Positions 24,366 to 27,970 of a stretch of 27,970 nt of DNA are shown here, in pieces. Where the stretch lies: positions 1 to 27,970 of the forward strand of contig JBHHYI010000038.1 of NCBI GenBank assembly GCA_046757525.1. The letters are read 5' to 3'. A program made the translations under genes and the position numbers. Origin of the DNA: a bacterium (lineage in GTDB: Bacteria > Zhuqueibacterota > Zhuqueibacteria > Oceanimicrobiales > Oceanimicrobiaceae). Every line of letters starts with the position of its first letter. Positions within the stretch are counted from its first letter, which is position 1. A model generated the notes under the pieces. It had not been told where the DNA came from and did no database searches. It worked only from the letters and a program-made list of their open reading frames with translations.

Positions 24366-27002
24366 TTGCCAAAGCGATCTGAGATTCCTTTAGAAGAAAG
24401 AAAATACGGTCACATATATTTTATCTTAGCCGGTATTCTTACGATTTTCACATTCTGGGCCGTGCTGGACATGATTCGCTTCCGCGCCCCCTGGGAAGGG
24501 TATCAGATGCGACTAAACAAATTGGAGCACCAGAACGTCGAGAAAGAATACGCAGCCGCCAAAGAGGAGTTTGAGGCCCAAAACGGAGAACAGCTTGCAG
24601 CCCTGAGAACCCAACTCAAAGAGGTTCAAGCAAACTTAAAGGGGCCGGCTTTTGATGAAATAAACGCCGATTTAAAGGGTGCAGATCTGGCAATTGCAAA
24701 GGCGATGCAAAACTATCGCTTTGCCAAAAGCGAGTTAGATGCCCTGTGGTATGAGTTTACCGAAGCAGAACACCACCGTGAAGAAAACAAAGCAAAAAAA
24801 CTCCGTCCCAAAATTGATGCTCTCGACAAGGAGGTGAAAACCCTGAAGGGGGCATGGGATGCAGCCGCAGCGGAAAAGGACAAGGTTGAAGAGCGATTGG
24901 CGCGCTATCGTGCAACCGCCGACAGCTTGCAGGCAGAAATCGACCAACTGATGGCGCCACTGACCGACCTGAAAACCAGATTGGCTCACATCGATGATCG
25001 TAAGATCAAAATCGAACAGGTCGTACTCAAAGACTTCGTGCGAGGCAACTTTGAAAGCTTCCTGGACCGTGTGGACCGCTGCAAAAGCTGTCACGTCAAC
25101 ATCGACAAGTCCGGCTACGATGAATATCCCGCACCTTTCAGAACCCACCCAAAACGAGATTTCTATTTGAAAACTCATCCCATTAGTGACTTTGGGTGTA
25201 CGCCGTGCCACGAAGGCCAGGGCCCGGCGTTGCAAAAAGAGTTCGCTCACGGAGATGTTGAGTTCTGGCAGCACCCATTGCTGCGAGACGGTTTTGTTGA
25301 AAGCGGGTGCAATAAATGCCACGGCACAGAAATGTCCATTAAGGACGCGCCGCAGCTCACCAGAGCGAAAAGGATGATCTTCGACCTGGGCTGTTACGGC
25401 TGCCACGAGATTGCAGGCTATGAAAAAGCACGCAGGATTGGGCCTCCCCTTAACTCGGTTTTGTCAAAAACCACTCCGAATTTCATCTACCGTTGGGTCC
25501 GGGACAACAAGTCGTTCCGAAAACACACGCGCATGCCCAATCCGCAGTTTACCCACGCAGAAGCACTGGCCGTGACCGCCTACATCGTCGACATCAACAA
25601 AAGCAGCGACTACCAGGTGCCGAAAGCGCCGGCCGGCGGCAATGCCGAACGGGGTCGCAAATTGGTTTCAACCATCGGCTGCAAAGGATGTCACGTTATT
25701 ACCGAAAAAGATCGCGAGGTGCGCAAGACCGATGTCAGCTACGATTTTGCCCCGGAATTGACCAGGGTCGGCAGCAAACTAAACCGAGATTGGCTCTACG
25801 CCTGGATCAAGAATCCCAAGCAATACAATCCCGACACGCCCATGCCCAGACTTCGCTTGACAGACTCAGAGGCCAGGGACATCGTGGCCTACTTGATGAC
25901 GCGCAAAGAAAAAGAGCCGCCGCCTTACAGCTTGGACTCCGCAGATCTGGACTCGCAGGAACTGGTTGGAGAAGGCAAAGCCATCATCCGAAACTTCGGC
26001 TGCCACGGGTGTCATCTCATAAAAGGCATGGAAAAAGAGGGCAGAGTGAGCGTTGCCTTGGACGAATTCGGGGCCAAAACGCCGCAAGAATTGTTTTACG
26101 GAGACGCTTTAGCTAACGGCGACGTCAAGGAAGAAACCTGGGAAGGCTGGGTCGAGGGTAAATTAAAGAATTCCCGTTTATATGCGACCGAAACCGTCAT
26201 CCAACGCATGCCAAACTTTGCCTTCTCTGACGAAGACGCTGCTACGATTGCCACGTTATTGAAAAGCTGGGATGGCAGAGTAATCGGCACAGATTACTTG
26301 CACGACATGGGGAGCCTGGGCGAGGCGTTGGAAAAAGGCCGCAGACTGGTGCGCAAGTACAACTGTATTGGCTGTCACATCATCGAAGGCGAAGGAGGCT
26401 TTATTCGTCCAACTCTGGTGGAAGCTTTTAAAGAAGAGGGACAGACGGCGGAAGTCGCGTTGTCTTTTGCCCCACCGGATCTCATCAGCGAGGGCCGAAA
26501 AGTACAGCCCCAATGGCTCTTCCAGTTTTTGAAGAATCCAACCCTCAAAATCAGACCGTGGCTGAATGTGCGCATGCCTACCTTTGATTTTTCTGACAGA
26601 GAGGTCAACGACATCATCGCCTATTTTCAAGCTCTGGAAGGCATTAACGAACCCTTCCTTGAACTCAATATCGAGCTAACGCAGGCCGAACAGAAAGCCG
26701 CTGAGGAGCTGTTTTCGAACGACTACCTGAGCTGTTTTAGCTGTCATCAGGTTGGTGCAAAAAAACCGCAAGGGCCGCCCTCGGGCTGGGCCCCGGATTT
26801 TCTTCTGGCACCTGAGCGCCTTAATCCCAACTGGGTGTTTGATTGGATCTCAGATCCACAGGCCGTTCAGCCCGGTACTCGAATGCCCAGCTTCTATCCG
26901 GACGCAGCTCCGCCGAATATCCTTGACGGCGATCCCAATAGACAAGTGGAAGCTTTGAGGGATTACCTGATGAATATCAGAAAATTTGCAAGTAGATTGT
27001 AA
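24366..27002 (+). CDS. Membrane-anchored octaheme c-type cytochrome with a long coiled-coil stalk
   Basis: Eight CxxCH motifs (CKSCH, CTPCH, CNKCH, CYGCH, CKGCH, CHGCH, CIGCH, CFSCH); N-terminal TM helix; TTG start with AAAGGAGG SD. Confidence 0.92.
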   Translation: MPKRSEIPLEERKYGHIYFILAGILTIFTFWAVLDMIRFRAPWEGYQMRLNKLEHQNVEKEYAAAKEEFEAQNGEQLAALRTQLKEVQANLKGPAFDEINADLKGADLAIAKAMQNYRFAKSELDALWYEFTEAEHHREENKAKKLRPKIDALDKEVKTLKGAWDAAAAEKDKVEERLARYRATADSLQAEIDQLMAPLTDLKTRLAHIDDRKIKIEQVVLKDFVRGNFESFLDRVDRCKSCHVNIDKSGYDEYPAPFRTHPKRDFYLKTHPISDFGCTPCHEGQGPALQKEFAHGDVEFWQHPLLRDGFVESGCNKCHGTEMSIKDAPQLTRAKRMIFDLGCYGCHEIAGYEKARRIGPPLNSVLSKTTPNFIYRWVRDNKSFRKHTRMPNPQFTHAEALAVTAYIVDINKSSDYQVPKAPAGGNAERGRKLVSTIGCKGCHVITEKDREVRKTDVSYDFAPELTRVGSKLNRDWLYAWIKNPKQYNPDTPMPRLRLTDSEARDIVAYLMTRKEKEPPPYSLDSADLDSQELVGEGKAIIRNFGCHGCHLIKGMEKEGRVSVALDEFGAKTPQELFYGDALANGDVKEETWEGWVEGKLKNSRLYATETVIQRMPNFAFSDEDAATIATLLKSWDGRVIGTDYLHDMGSLGEALEKGRRLVRKYNCIGCHIIEGEGGFIRPTLVEAFKEEGQTAEVALSFAPPDLISEGRKVQPQWLFQFLKNPTLKIRPWLNVRMPTFDFSDREVNDIIAYFQALEGINEPFLELNIELTQAEQKAAEELFSNDYLSCFSCHQVGAKKPQGPPSGWAPDFLLAPERLNPNWVFDWISDPQAVQPGTRMPSFYPDAAPPNILDGDPNRQVEALRDYLMNIRKFASRL

Positions 27003-27062
27003 ACAAGTCAACGTTTTTTTGTTTGTAAAAAATCAACCCAAAATCCTAAGAGGAGGTTTATC

Positions 27063-27902
27063 ATGAAGAAATATTTTTCAGCAATGATTGCCCTTGCCGT
27101 TTTGACGTTCGCCGCGGGATGTGGAGGTGGTGGCGAGAAAAAAGCCGAAAAGGCAGGCGAACAAGCCACCCAGGAAGCCACGGAAACGGCTACCAGCAGC
27201 GGCTACCAGAGCACCTCTGTCACCAACGGCGGCACTATCAAAGGCACGGTTACTTTTGCCGGCGCCATCCCTAAGAAACAAGTCCTCGAAGTAACCAAAG
27301 ACGTAAACGTCTGTGGCAAGGTAACCCATTACAAGGAAAATTTGCTCGTTGCAGACAACAAGGGCATCGCCAATGTTGTCGTCAGCATCAAAAATATCAG
27401 TCACGGCAAATCTCTCGAATCCCTGGGCGAAAGCTTTCACTTGGACCAAGACGGCTGCGCCTTTCGTCCCCATGTGTCTATCGTTCCGGCCGGTGTGAAG
27501 CTGACCATCAAGAACGATGACGGCATTCTCCACAATATCCATACTTACAGCGACAAAAACGCACCGATTAACATGGCACAGCCTGGCTTCAAGAAAGTGA
27601 TGACACACACCTTCGATGAACCTGAGGTGGTGCGGGTGGCTTGCGATGTGCACAACTGGATGGGGGGATACATCGTGGTGGTCGATAATCCTTACACGGC
27701 CATTACCGATGAGCATGGCAATTTTCAACTGACCGACGTGCCGGCTGGAACCTACACCCTGGAGTATTGGCAGGAAACTCTGGGCACGCAAACAGCAGAA
27801 GTCACAGTTACGGAAGGGGGCACCGTGGAAGCCAACTTTGAATTTGCGGCTGGCAGCGCCCAGATTGACGATTCCGTTAGATTGGCTTCCAAGACTCAAT
27901 AA
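27063..27902 (+). CDS. Lipoprotein with a cupredoxin-like core and a carboxypeptidase-regulatory-like beta-sandwich
   Basis: Lipobox AAGC; GTIKGTV; LDQDGCAFRPHV; HNIH and CDVHNWM (His/Cys/His/Met); TDEHGNFQLTDVPAGTYTLEYW; GAGGAGG SD. Confidence 0.85.
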   Translation: MKKYFSAMIALAVLTFAAGCGGGGEKKAEKAGEQATQEATETATSSGYQSTSVTNGGTIKGTVTFAGAIPKKQVLEVTKDVNVCGKVTHYKENLLVADNKGIANVVVSIKNISHGKSLESLGESFHLDQDGCAFRPHVSIVPAGVKLTIKNDDGILHNIHTYSDKNAPINMAQPGFKKVMTHTFDEPEVVRVACDVHNWMGGYIVVVDNPYTAITDEHGNFQLTDVPAGTYTLEYWQETLGTQTAEVTVTEGGTVEANFEFAAGSAQIDDSVRLASKTQ

Positions 27903-27970
27903 GGCTTTCTTTTGGGAAACGCTCCTCTGCAGCGGAATCATAGCTCTTTTTCTTAAGCACAAAGGGAGTC

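Noticed and set aside
27078..27962. 294-aa minus-strand ORF
   Set aside because: Antisense shadow of the well-supported lipoprotein gene; no recognisable motifs.
1..27970. CRISPR array, tRNA/rRNA genes, transposase or integrase
   Set aside because: No regularly spaced direct repeats, cloverleaf/T-loop stems or recombinase motifs found on reading. The CARF-like remnant has no cas genes nearby.

Overview
Bacterial chromosomal window. Gene content suggests an FCB-superphylum organism such as KSB1/Calditrichota-like, but this is inference. It has three parts. (1) 1-17.5 kb, minus strand, mostly housekeeping genes in transcription order: a TPR protein, a SAM methyltransferase, pdxA-methyltransferase-ftsE-ftsX, then hrcA-grpE-dnaJ (no dnaK, no visible CIRCE). 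This runs directly into a divergent competence/type IV pilus-like module (comEA, a non-canonical pilin, a degenerate PilM, a probable PilN-PilO fusion), then rsmD-coaD-pta-aminotransferase, a TPR protein and a truncated secreted protein. (2) 17.9-22.4 kb, plus strand, a visibly GC-richer accessory stretch: Mth938-like, DoxX, DUF427-like, a structured ~315-nt spacer, an apparently leaderless arfB, a 34-codon CARF-like remnant and an orphan hydantoinase/oxoprolinase A half. (3) 22.5-28 kb, plus strand, a respiratory operon: split cytochrome b6-type protein with the heme ci Cys, an enlarged subunit IV with APWY instead of PEWY, a membrane-anchored coiled-coil octaheme cytochrome c and a cupredoxin-like lipoprotein. 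It starts at its own promoter with no Rieske gene in front. No rRNA, tRNA, CRISPR array or transposase was seen.
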